DNA of 64,000 bases. It comes from Calcarisporiella thermophila CBS 279.70 (taxonomy: Eukaryota; Fungi; Calcarisporiellomycota). Both the position numbers and the translations under genes were made by a program. The stretch covers positions 221,687-285,686 of the forward strand of contig NW_027192214.1 of the NCBI RefSeq assembly GCF_041956535.1, given 5' to 3'. The notes beneath the pieces were generated by a model. It searched no databases, was not told where the DNA came from, and saw nothing but the letters and a program-made list of their open reading frames with translations. Shown here one piece after another: positions 13,257 to 32,898 of the stretch (the first letter of the stretch is position 1; the number at the start of each line of letters is the position of its first letter).

Positions 13257-13940
13257 ATGTCTACGATAGCTCAAATTGGCGCTTGGGTCTTCGCTGGAGC
13301 AATCCTTCTCTCTCTTCTTGCCATCCCGTATGACTTTTTCATCTTTCATCCCCTGCTTGCATGCCTCGCGCTGGTCTGCTTGACCGAGGGAATCACAAAC
13401 CTGCAGCCTGCACACACGCAGCAGGAGAAAAAAACGGGCCTCATCTATCATCAATTCTTGAACGGTCTGGCCGCTACTGCCATTGCAGCCGGCAACGCGA
13501 TCATTTTTACAAACAAGGTTTTAAATGGAAAACCGCATTTTCAATCGTAAGTTCAATCTCGTGTCCCTCCTTGCGTCATACTGCATCCACTGACTCTTTG
13601 CTCAAGCCTTCATTCGTGGTTTGGGGTTGCGACCCTCTCCTACATCGTCTGCCAGTCTCTTGTGGGTGTAAGTATGGTCTATTTCCCAAACGTCTTCGGC
13701 GGAGTTCAGAAGGCGAGGGGCATGTGGAGGTTTCATCGGATGTCCGGGTATGCCATGTTGTTCCTAGCATGGACCACGGCCGTTCTCGGGACGAATACCA
13801 GTTGGGCTCGTGCAAACTTGCAGCCTCAGTTCTGGGTGGTGGTCTGGGGAAGTGTCCCCGTGGTCCTCTTCGGAGTGGTGATGGGCGTGCGTTTGAGCAA
13901 GTTTGGGATAGAAAAGGTCGCCCAGAAGAAGGAGAATTAA
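13257..13940 (+). CDS. Cytochrome b561 family membrane protein (CYB561D-like), 2 exons
   Basis: Hydrophobic helices with the four heme-ligand His contexts: FIFHPLL, IYHQFLN, HFQS|LHSWFG, RFHRMSGY; intron near 13547-13606. Confidence 0.85.
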
Positions 13941-14321
13941 TGGGCTCTTCCCATGCGCCCCCCCTGAGGTTAATAAATGTCTCTTATCCATTCCAAGTCA
14001 CCGTCCACTAGAGAAGATGGGAGTATATATTGACGAGACTGAAAGTAGAACGTAAAATTAGGTGATAAAAAAGTAAAAAAAAAAGCTACGAAATATCCTT
14101 ATGTATATTTCAACCCACTCGAAAGAAGAAGCAAACGACATAAACTCTTGACACTCGATCATTTTTAAAGGAGGAAATAGGGTTAAATTTGAAGGAAAAG
14201 GGGAAAAGGAAGAGGGAGAGAGAGGAAAAATGACGACAACCCATCCATGAAACGACGCTGTTAAATATGGAATGACACTAGAAAATGATATAAGCCCAAT
14301 CGCCCCGGCTCGAGGGGCCCC

Positions 14322-17300
14322 TCAGAATTCGAACCTCAGGTTCTCTGCTATCCGCTCCATAAACTCCTGCAGAACCCCGCGCACATCGCCCCTCTCCACT
14401 CCCACCATCTTGATCCCCGACCTGAAAAAGGCAGGGATCTCTTGGCGGACCCGCGATGAGGATTGCGGACCCGTCCAAGCGGTGCGCAACAGCTCCTTGA
14501 ACACCACCACGACCAGAGGCGCCAGGTTGGCAACCTCCCGGGGATGATTCGCTTCTGCCGACAGCACCGCCACAAAACGGTCGAGAATCCGCTTCGATTC
14601 CTCCAGAAGCTGCGAGGTGACTTCTTCACGCTCCCGCTCCTCCTCCACCACCGTCTGCTCGAAATCGGCCAATTCGTCTTCCGCCGTGTTGGATGGCGGA
14701 TGCTCCGCGTGGACCCATCGGTGCAGATCGAACAGCAGCGACAGATAGGTGCTAAGCGCCATGGTCTCCTGCTTCACCAAATTCGGCAGCTGTGGAATAT
14801 AGCCCTTTCGGAGCAAATACGTTCGTAGCCCCATATTGTCGTTGAATTCGCGTGCAAATTGGAACGAGGTGCGCAGACAATGGACCCATCGGGGTCGTAA
14901 CTTCCGAGGCATTACGTGCAGCCCAAGCGGCTCAGAAAGCGCTACGCTTTGGGAAGAGGGAGGAGCAGGTGAGGTTGGCGTGGTGGCCTTAGGCGTGGAG
15001 CCCGCCTTGGGCTCGGGGAGCTGATCGGCCGGCTTCGGACGCGCCGCCATAGGGTGAAACGAGGTGTCGGACAACATGGCATCGCGCACTGCCGCCAACA
15101 GATGCAGGTGCAGAGAGCACTTTGCTAACGTGACCCGAAACTCGGCTTCTCGTGCGCGGATTTTTTCTTCGCTCCTCTCCGGCTCCTCCTCCTTTATCTC
15201 CGTCAGCATCAACTCCCTCGGAAGAGTGGCGGCGAAGAGGGCCTCCAAAGCGTAAGTCGTCGATTCCCACCCCTGCTCATTGAGCAGCGACCCGCATTGC
15301 TTCAAAAGTTGATGGAAGCCGCCAATCCCCGCCGCACCCAAATCTTCGCGATTCTGTCGCGTCATCTGGACCAGAAGATCTAGCGTTTCGGCGAGAAGTT
15401 CCTGCTCACGGGCCAATGTTGTGCGGAACGCGCAGAACACATTGACCCATCCGCGCAGTGCCTGCGCCACCTCTACCGAGCGCTTCTGGCCCATCCTTAT
15501 CTCCTCAAACACGGGCATGAGGGTATTTCGGTAGAGCTTGTGCCAATAGGTAGGGTCAAATACATGGCCGGCAGCAAACAGCAGCTCGAACAGGGTTTCG
15601 AGCGATTGCGCGCGGACTCGGGGACGCTCACCGTCGATGGCGACCCGTGAGAGCGCAGAGACAACGGGGAACCAGCGGAGGAAAAATTGCTCCTCCTCCA
15701 GATGCTTCGTCGACTTCGCCTGGGCCTCTTCTGTCTCCTCTACCACTACACGCACAGCAGTGACCTCTTTAGCCCCCTCGGTCTCCTCAGGAGGCACCAT
15801 CTCTGCCGTCAACCGTTTCGCACAGGCGCCCAGCAGCTTTACGGCATCGAGCACCACGTCCTCCTCCTTCGCATGGAAGACAAATTCCACCAGGCATCCC
15901 ACGTAGTCCACAAAGGCAGCGCCCAGTAGGCTCATGTATTTTTGATGCACCATCTGCACCGCGCCGAATGCGTACTCCACTAGCGCGTGGTTGGCATCGG
16001 ACGCAGCATGCCCCAGGACCACGAAAATACTCCGCCAGCCCGATTTGATGTTGCGTGCCCGTGCGGTGATCATCTGCACGAGCGACTGGATCACAAGGTC
16101 TCGAATGGCGAAGGATGGGCTTCGTCGTACGATGTGCTCGAAAGGCTTCAAAAACTCATTCTGCGTGTGATACCGTGCCAACTCGTCTCTATCCAGGAAC
16201 TTCATCGAGAGTTGCCGCAAAGAGTCCACCGCAAAGGTCGCGACGTCGGCGTTGGGGTGACTTCCCACCGTCTCAAAGTGGGGCTGTAGGATCTTCCAAA
16301 TCGGGATCCACTCAAAACGAATCCGACCCATGTTGTAATACGCAATCTCAACTATGCGACGCAAGCTGAACATGCGTGGGGTGCGTGCGGAGCGCACTTC
16401 TTCGGTGGATACATTGCACAACGCGCGGAAGAAGTGCACTATCGCGTCTCCACTCAGAAGCATTGTATTGGCGAAGATCTGATCAATCGCGACGAGCGTC
16501 TGCTGCGACTGTACCTCGCGCATAGGGGCGCTTACAGAGCCTCGGCGCTGTTGAGCCCGCGGAAAAGGCTTCTTTTCCTCTTCGTTCTCGATCCGACTCT
16601 CGTAATCAACCCCGCGAAGCTCAAGGCCCTCCAAGCGCTGGCGCCCCGCATTGGCGCTGATCAGCTGCAAGGACTCCATCTGAGAAATGGTGCGCAGCAC
16701 GGTCACCCACGAAGCATCCAAGTACTCGCCAAGCACATTTGGGTTTGCAACGTGCAGCAGGGTGCGAATTGCAGCCACATTCTTGGGGCGCATTTCATCG
16801 AGATGATTGAGGCCAGTAAGCTTGGCAAGGCTGGACACGAATGCGTCGCGTTCGGTGGCCATGCGGAAAATGCTGCTGATGCGGATGGCACAAGAAAATC
16901 CATCGAGGCATAGGGTGACCGTCTCTGAATTTGCACGCGAGTAGTCTTGGGCCGCGCTTTCTTCAGGCACAGCCTCTTCAAAAACCAAGCTCAGAGTCGC
17001 CATGAGCGGCCAGCACGCGACCATGAACATCGGCTTCACGTGCTCGGCATGTGTGGCACTGCGGTAAGCCGTGGTAAGCGAGGAGTCCGATGTGGCCCGC
17101 TGTTGGTAGGAAAGCAGGAGTTGCTGGCTCTTCTTTTGCATTTGCAGCGTCTCACGTTGGTATAGTTCCTGCTGCTTGGGTCCTCCAGGGGCAGCCTCTT
17201 TATCTTTATGTACCTGTTCCTCCTCCATCACGATCTCATTTGCAACGATCTCATCGAATATCTTTAAGAGAAACTCGTCGGAGAGGTCACTTGAAGCCGC

Positions 17301-20300
17301 CCCACCTCGGTTGTTGCGGATGAATGCAGCCTTGTCCATTCGGTTTTTCACCTGGGGAGAGTGCTGATCTGTATTGAGGATAATGATGGAGTAGCACAGG
17401 AAGAACGCAGTATCGGCACTCGTAAATGCGTCCGGATTGGTCTCGCAGTATCGGTCGGCGAATTTTTCGAGGATGCGGTCGATTTTTTGAGATTCACCGG
17501 GTAATCGGAAGGTCTGTAGGAATCTTCGCAGTGCCTCGACTATGCCCAACCCAGTGAAATCCTGTCTATCTACAAATCCATGCATGATCTGGATGTTTGC
17601 TGCATCCCCTTCGCCCAGATACTCCCCAATCGCAGCCTTGCTTAGATTTCCTGTCGTTAGCAGGAAGGTTACTTGTGCGTCGGGCGTATCTTCAACGAAT
17701 CCGTGTTCTATAAGGAATCGCATTCCTTTGGTTGGCTTCGAGTTGAAAAGAAGAATGCCCTTAAGGAGGAGCTGCTTCCGAGACATCATCTGTTCGATTT
17801 GGGAGGGGTGGTCTTCCCCATCAGCGCTGCTACCATTCATCGAGTGCACACTGGCAGAGCTCAGGTTTGGGTGGCGTGTAAGATCATTCATAGAGAGTGC
17901 TTGTAGCGGGTTTTTAGGCAGGATTACAGGGCGAGACTTGGAAGACTTTTCGCTCTCTTCCAAACTTGTCACTGTCGTTTGGTTTAAATTGGCGTGGGGA
18001 TCAAGACCTGGGGAAGTTGATTCCTCTTTTTCAGCCGAATCACCCGTAAGCTCGCGCTAATATCGAAGAAAGTTAGTCAACTATAGCATCACTAATATGG
18101 GTTGTAGGATATATACATTATGCGAGCCTTTGGCGTGAGGGGTTGCAGTCGATGCATGGGTATTATCATTCTCCCCGCTAGCCATATGCCCGTTTAGCGC
18201 AGATCCTGATCCTGAAGAAGTGCTAGGTGACCCTCCAAGCCGCCCCCACTCCACCAAACTCTTCATCACTCCCACCAAGCATCTCAATGCCCGAACCCTC
18301 AACCTTTTTTCTTGAATCATTGCCAAATCAGCCCGATTATCCAACAATAGTGCGCTCGCATGTGCACCAATTACACTCCCCATTGTTGATCCTTGAGGTT
18401 TCTGTCGGCCTTGCGCCAATTTCGAAAGAAGAGTAACCGTCCTTTCGAAGATGCTCGCAGAGCCTAAGTCGCAATCATAATTTAGGTATATATCCACCAG
18501 AGTCCTGGGGTTGGAGCATATCTTCGTGAGGCCTTGAAGAATCATCGACTTTTGCTGGAAACTAGCGTTTGACATATCGAGGAACTGAAGGTAAATCTCA
18601 TTAAATAGCACTTCAAGTTCCGATTTCAGGGGCGCACGGAAATGCCGCAGTAACATGAGGAAAATGGAGAGTGACAATTCGAAAAGTTGTGGATTAGCGG
18701 AGACGCCATTCCGTGACAGGGAAACACATAGGTGCTGGCGGATGATGGAGATGAATGCTGGCTCCAGCGTGTAAAATACAGCATCTGCGTTGTTCAACAT
18801 TGAAAGAATAAGCTCGAGAGCGAGGGTGCGGGTGCGCAAGCTCAGCTCCTCGACATCGTGTGCACTTTTCGTAGAGGTTGTGATGGATGCATCAGTGCAC
18901 ATTGAGAAGTCACATAGCAGGCGGATTACCGCCAGAGTTTGATTACGAATAATACAATAGCATTGATGGGGGGTAAGCTCGGGACGGCGCTGGGGTTCGG
19001 GAGAGATTGTGGGGAGGTCCTCTTCGGGTATGCTTGAAGCTTGTGCGGGTTCGGAGGGAGAAGGAGCTTCGATTGTTATATGTTCTGATTCTTCTTTTGT
19101 TTCGCTGGGTACATCAGCTTCATTCGTCGGGTCGTTGGGAGCAAGTTCAGCTGCTGCATTGGTCAATTCCGTCGACTCTGGTGCATCCGAGGGCTGCACT
19201 AACCCATTCGTTTGATCAAGACCAGCGCCCTCAGTTTGGCATGAGTCACTATTATCACTAGATGGTTTATCCAAAGCCTTTGTGCTCGCATCTTGAGGAC
19301 GAATATCTTCAACTGCTCCAGTTTTGTCACCGACGGCCTCTTCATTAGGATGTATCTCGTTTGAAATGAGTTCTTTTTCTGATAGCTTTGTAATGGATTT
19401 GTCCTCGCCAATTTCTTTTGGTCCATCCGTGCTGGAGGTCTCCACTGTACTAGGAGCATTTATCATAGCAGCATGCGCGGTCTCCACACGATTGGCGAGC
19501 AAATTCACAATCTGTGTCAGCTCTGCTTTGGCAGTGGTTTGATTAACCATGTTCCGGCTATAACAGTGCAGATTCATGCACGTTTGAATAATTTTCAGTA
19601 AAGAGAGACTGCTCAAAATGCACGTATCGGACGTAACGATATGAAGTAGTACTTTAAGAATCTGCAGTTGCACCCCATCATCTGTTGAAGGCCCAGTATA
19701 ACTCGTGCAGATTGTGTGTACAATTTCGTCCACCAGGCATAAGTTCTGAATTGACGGATTAGGCAAGGGCATACCAGGAGCGGAATCCGACAGAGAGAAA
19801 GGAGAGGGGGTTTCGACATTTTCAGTGAAAAGATGAGGATCCTTCAAACGAGATAGATCATTATTTTCGCTGATCCCACCCAATAACTGGTTATCGTTCG
19901 CAGGTGGGTTGGAAATTTTTTGAGCTCGTTCCTCTGAAAGTATTTCGTCTCCTGGCAGTAGGCCATGAGAAATTATCTTCTGTAACGCATCGAGCGCAAC
20001 AATGCGAAGTTTTGACGGCATTCCGGGCTGAAAAGCAAGGCGGAAAGGTTCCCAGTATGCATCGGCACGTACCCGGGGTAGATCAGAACCACCTCCTAAC
20101 AGACTTGTTGAAGTAGAAGTGCGTTGCGCGGATGATACTCGTTGTCCTGCCCAAGAGCCAGTTGAAGGACGTGTTGTGGATATTGGCGACTGTGCCTCAG
20201 TGGGTTCGCGCTGAGGGCTTTCAGACTCGATTTCAGGGTTTTTATCAGATGGAGTAGATGAAGGTGAAGCCGCGGGTGCAGCAGAGGATGAATCTGTTTC

Positions 20301-20531
20301 TTGGATCGAAGATGCAGGCTCTTCCACTAATGTTGCTGCCTTCTCACTAGCTGCTTGCAATCGCATCGTAGCCTCGGCATTCATCAAATCGCGTTCTTCC
20401 AACTCACGGGCTGTTAGAATATCATCATTTAAACGCTCCAGTGAACGCTCACATTCCTCACGCAATTCCTTATTTTTTGTCGAGCGGGCCTCAGCATAAA
20501 GCCGCTCTAGCGCACCTTTGAGGATACTCAT
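14322..20531 (-). CDS. SEC7: Large ARF guanine-nucleotide exchange factor Sec7/BIG, 2 exons
   Basis: DCB/HUS region (LVDIYLNYDCD), Sec7 domain with catalytic FRLPGESQKIDR, HDS motifs (FAVDSLRQLSMKFL, NIKSGW); one intron near 18056-18116 joins the 816-aa and 1216-aa ORFs. Confidence 0.95.
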
Positions 20532-21201
20532 AACTACAATAGAATAAAACCAGTAAGCTAATAATCAAAGAAAGCGAAAACTCCATTTATAATCTAATAA
20601 TGAGATTGCAGAAATTCATCGGAGAAAAAGAGTTCTGCATAAGGCCGTTGAAAAAAGAAAAAGTTGTGCCTACCTAATCCTCGATGAGCTGATGGATCGC
20701 AATAAATCTATATTTTAGTTTCGCTATCGCCGTTAATTTCTATTATTCGTCTTCATACAAAGACTATTATTAAAATCAGTTTCTCGATTTAACTTTCCGC
20801 AGGAGATATTTGCTTCTCTTTTATTTTAAACCAAGCCACAATTATATGATAAGTTTTCAAACCCTATGACCGTACATAAATCATGCCAGAGGATATTGCA
20901 ATAAGGGATGGAAACGAACTAGGCTCATGTCTTGAAAGGATTAGTGTAGCTAACATGTGTATTATGTCTAATTAATATTCGATGATAATAATAGTATCGC
21001 GTACTCGTTTGGAAAGCATGTATTAAAATATTTCAAAGTCAGATAAATCAGGAAAAAATGCCTGTGCTCTGGATAGATTGTAGAGTTTCTTTACGCGTCT
21101 TCCTCTCCTCACTCTGATTGTACTGATTTTTACGTGTTCGTTTTTGAAACATTTTATGATAAGCATCGATATAATATTTATTGCATTCTACGAGACGTAC
21201 T

Positions 21202-24200
21202 ATGTCTGATGAATATCTAACCAAAGCGAGTAAAATCCGCAACAAGCTCTCTCCCCTGAGCCACTCCTTCAATAACATTGCGACTTCACAAAAGCACTCC
21301 AAGTCTCCATCCAAATCCTTGCGGCGCCCCGTACCACCTGCTGACACCAACCTACTCTCTCCGACTCAGACGAATATGCCTTCGGGGTATTTCGACTCTC
21401 AAACATCTCTAGATGATAAGCGAAGGAATTCCAAAAGCACTCCGCTATCACCAGGAGGTTCATCGGTATCATTGGCGCATTCGACCACATCCCCTAATCG
21501 TGTCAGTTTTGATTTAACACTATCACATTCTGGAGATCATGATGATGGGACTGTATCGAGCGATTGCACTGAAGAAGATTTTGTTATACCCAGAGATCAC
21601 AGAGTACGACATATTTTCATAATCACATAAATAACTTATATTGATGCATTTTATTAAACACTAGGTTGCAAAAGAAGGATGGATATGGAAAAAGAGTTCT
21701 CTTAAAGTGAGTGCGATTACTTGATGCAGAAACTGGTCTATTTACTAATATTTTCATTAGCAATGGAAACGATATTACGCAGTTGCATGCTTTGGCGACA
21801 CGTCGAAACCAGGGCGACTATTACTTTATAAAGATGCAGGAGTAAAAACGTTTGATGCTCATATTGACTTCTTGCTGGTCCTCATCATTTTATTTTTATT
21901 TTAGAAGCAAGTCCATAGGAAAACAGTGGATATGTCGGATTGTGTTGAGATAGAACCTCGACACCAGGAATACAAACCCGGCATTCGCCATGAGTTTCGA
22001 ATGCTTGTCCGCAAAGAAGATATATGGCTTGGAACTGAAGACATCAATGATCGTCGTAACTGGATTGACGCGCTCTCTTCCCTAATGCCTCGCATTTCGA
22101 GCGCATCTCATCTAGAGCTCCAGACACGAATGGAGATGCTTGAAAACAGCAATCGTTCACTCCAGAGCGCACAGGTGGAACTCGAAGAAGAAAACCAGGC
22201 GCTGCGAGAAGAGCTTGTGGGGATACAAGAGGAGTTGGCAGAAAGAGAAGAAGAGGTTAATCAATTAGCTCATGAATTAGAGAATACAAAACTTGAGGTC
22301 CGGCAGCGCGAGGAAGAAATATCAACGTTACGTCGAGACTATGAAGACCGTGCGGAGGAAGAAAGGCGTGCACTTCAAGAACAGATCAGTGGCTTAGAAG
22401 CACAAGTTGAGAAATGGCAAGCGGCTGCGAGGGAAGCCGATGACCATGGCCGTGAACAAGTATCGCGATTGCAGCGCCAGGTAGAACAAGAGCTTAAGCT
22501 TCGTGCTTGGGCAAAGGTGTGCCCACCTTCTGAGGAGGAAAGGAAAGCATCGGAAGATATTCGTCAGAAAATGGAAGCTACGGTGAAGGAAGTGAATGAG
22601 ATTCTTGCACGACATACACAAGCACTTAGGCATGAGGTTGCTAATAAGGGAAATTGGGGAGTGAAGGAATTCCGCACAATATTTTATGACCTCGTTGTTG
22701 CAATTGACCAAAAGATGGCGCAACTAAAGCAACAGATTGCTGATGTCAAAATAAGCCAAGGGACAAATGTGGCTGAGGGACCAAGCAAGGTGCTCGAGGA
22801 ATTTACCACCTCACTACAAACTGTAGTCGATACAACTAAGAGTCAAGAGGAGATACTATGCAAGTTCGAGACTAGAATTAACGAGCTCTTTGATAAAACT
22901 GTGATTCCAGCTCTCACCAGTGTAGAACAATGCCTTAGTACTGGCTCAGAACCAAATCTATTGCCAGAAAAGGGCGATGAATCAGGAGATATAAAGCAGA
23001 AAAATAGATCATTTGCTTCACTCATTCACACGCTCAATGAAAGTATGCTCGAATCACGAAATGAGTTTACTGCGCTGCGAGAGGATATGAGGCGGTTGCT
23101 TCAAGGGGATAATAAATCAGAAGAGGCGTCGACTTCAAATGACGAAAGTGTGCGGCAAAACGGGGGACTGCTATGCATTGTGCATGAGATTGCTACCAAG
23201 CTAGAGGCATCGGCAAGTGAGTGGCGTGCTGTCCGGAGTGACGCCGACGAATCGATTAAAGAGTTAAGATTGCTAAGGGAGGAACTCACCAAGCAATTCA
23301 AAGAAGGCCAACAGCAATCTAGCGATGCAATTAAAATGCTTCAAAGTGCTGTCGATGACGTACGTGGACACTTAGAACCCAATGATGCGGAGAATGATGA
23401 CAACACTACCGAAAAAGTGACTCAGATGGGTGAAGGTGAACCTACAGCAGCTCTCCGTAACACACTTCATGAGAAACTCAACGCACTCGTAGACTGGATG
23501 CAGCTCATCAACACAAGCCAGTGTCGCCTTATGTCGCTGTACGATGAGCAATTGCATAATCAAAAGAATGAAGCTGGAAATGATTCAGAAAAAAATATTG
23601 CTGATCTTCAGTACCCAGTCAAGGAGCTGGTACAATCGTTGGATATGCGCCTTAACGAGCAAACTGAGGCAATGCGAGAACTCGTCATACACCTTGCTGA
23701 ATTGGCAGACACACCCCATCCTGCCGTTCTTGAGGGTAAAGAAACACAGGAGTTGCTTAAGCAAGTAAATTCCGAGATCGAGCAACTTTCCATAAAAGTT
23801 GCACAATCTGCCAAGGAAGTTGAAGAAAAACTCACTTGTCAGTTTGAGCGGATCATTAATGAATCAAGTGCAGTCTTCAAGGCATCAACTGTGCCGGCCA
23901 GTAGCGATTTAGCGGACCCAAGTATGAAAGATCAGCTTGAACGAAAGCTTACTGACGCAGTGATCGGTGTTCGTCGCAAATTAGCAGAGCAATTTGGGCA
24001 AGATAAAATCGAAGCAAAATTGGAAAAGTTAATCAACATAGTTTTATCTTTGCAGACTGAGCAGCGCGAGTTTGCGGATCGAGCATTGTCGCCTAAAGCA
24101 AATGCCAGCATTCAGGATATGAGGTCAATTGGCAGGGACGGAACAAATGAGAATAATGTATCTGACAAGCTTGAAGAATTATTGCGTCGGATAATAATGC

Positions 24201-25591
24201 TGGAGAAAAATTTATCGGGACAAGCTAATCGAAACCATGCACGATCTTCTCATCCCGGGGACGCGGATCTGACTGACTATGCATCTCCTATGCAGCCTCC
24301 GGAAAAATACTTAAATTCGAATCCCATACTCTCAGAACTTCTAGATATCGTGCAGAATATTCAGCAAGAACAGACGGAGTTACTTTCCCGCCAAACACGT
24401 TTCTATGATAGCAGCAGCCAAACATTCAAACAGTTAATACAGGATGGCCTTGATCGAATGGCCGAGCAGCACACAGAGCTTCTTACGCATATCGCTGAAT
24501 CACTTGAACAGCAGTTCAAAAACTCAAGCGCTTCTTCGCACACGGCGGACAATAATTCGGCATTGAATAGTAAGCAACAACAGCAACAGCATGAGCGTAT
24601 TATTGCTGAAATGCACCGCTGCGTGGATGCTTTTCGAGAAGATTTCCAACTCTCACGCGCACATGAAGCTCCAAATGCCTTAAAACTCAAGATTCAGCGC
24701 CTGAATGCCGAAGTGCGTGATCTCGAGCAAGTGAAGCGTGATTTGGCAAGTCAGCTTGAAGAGCTTAGTACCCAGATTGCTCAAGCGGAATCCGGGCTTA
24801 AATCAGTGCAATCGCAATCTACCTACTTTGTAAAACTGCAAGCGGAACTTGGAGCACGGAAGACTGCAATTGAGCATGAGGTCGAGAAGCTCGAAAGTCA
24901 AGAGGAGAAGCTACGCCTGCAAAAGAATGAGATGAAAGCTGAAATTGTGAAGCTAGAGAAGCAAGTAATCGAGTTGCAATCCGAAGCTCTGGCAAAGGAA
25001 CGGGTTCTAGCAGGGTTAAAGGCACAGTTAGAAGCGTATTCGACTATAATTGAAAAACATGGAAACCCTAGTAGAGGATCAAATGAACAGGTGCCTCGAT
25101 ATATAACTGCATCCGAATCTGATGGAAAATATGGAAACGGACTCAGTCGGTCTCCTATCGATACTGGATTACGCCCTTTTAACGACACTTTACATGACCA
25201 AAACCCAAGCAATGACCTTCAAAAGGTTCTGCATTTCAATTGATATTTTTTTTTTTTGAACTAATCGCTTATTCAAACTTGTTAATAGGTTGAGCAAAGA
25301 GTGCTCCCGAAGCGGAATAATAATATGCCTAGCATGACCGAAAAGTGGAACGGAACTATCTCTTCTACTCATTCTTCGATATCTTCCCGATCAGGCGATG
25401 ATAGTTTTGGCGGTTACAGCCGCGGTCAACGCAAGTCATCGCTTCAAAACTTATTGATTAACCTAGCTGGCCGCAAGGCAAATTTTGAATCAACGGAGAG
25501 CGAGAGCGGAAGAGTACGGCCTGGCAGTGCACTTGGAGTGGGAGGGGGACTAGTAGGTAGAATGCAAAATGGGCGAGATGGGGTCGCATGA
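21202..25591 (+). CDS. PH-domain plus long coiled-coil protein of unknown family, 5 exons
   Basis: Spliced exons give VAKEGWIWKKSSLK|QWKRYYAV...LLLYKD...RRNWIDAL (PH fold signature), followed by about 1000 aa of heptad-rich E/Q/L/K sequence; last intron near 25226-25288. Confidence 0.75.
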
Positions 25592-26072
25592 AAGCGTGAG
25601 CTGGTCGCACTGTACTATGAAGATACTTAAGGTCTGTGACCAAAGAGCTCTATTTTGAAATCTTATTTCTCAAAAGAGATGGATACCAATTCTATTATTT
25701 TTTTTATGTTTTGGCGATTTTGTTCCTTTTCCCTTCTTCTACTCTGTTGATATTTCTGATTTAGATCGATTTTTTCCTTTTCATACTTGCTGCTTTGTTT
25801 TTTACCCTAAAGCCATATACCTTTCGTAAATTGTTCTCTTTTAAATTAGAGTATAAAATGCTGAAATTAAAGTTCAAATGCTCTTCGATAGTTGACAGCG
25901 TTCTGCAGTCACACCTCTATACTCATCTCACTTCCTGCGATCATTTACAATAATTAATTATAACGATACTGGGATAACATCCTTCATTTTTTATACTTTC
26001 TGGACTCTGTTATAGTATTTTTCACGTCAAACCCCCGAAACTTGGAAATGCAGTACTGATCTGCGATTTCCA

Positions 26073-32759
<6,687 letters not shown>

Positions 32760-32898
32760 ATCTTCAACCTTTTTGTTGCACATTGAAATTCCATTTACAA
32801 ATTTCCTTTGTTTAATTATTCTTTTTTATAAGGATGTAATTTTGGTCAGAAGAATAGTTTTTGGTCAATACTTAATACGAAAGCGCAAAGATTATTTA

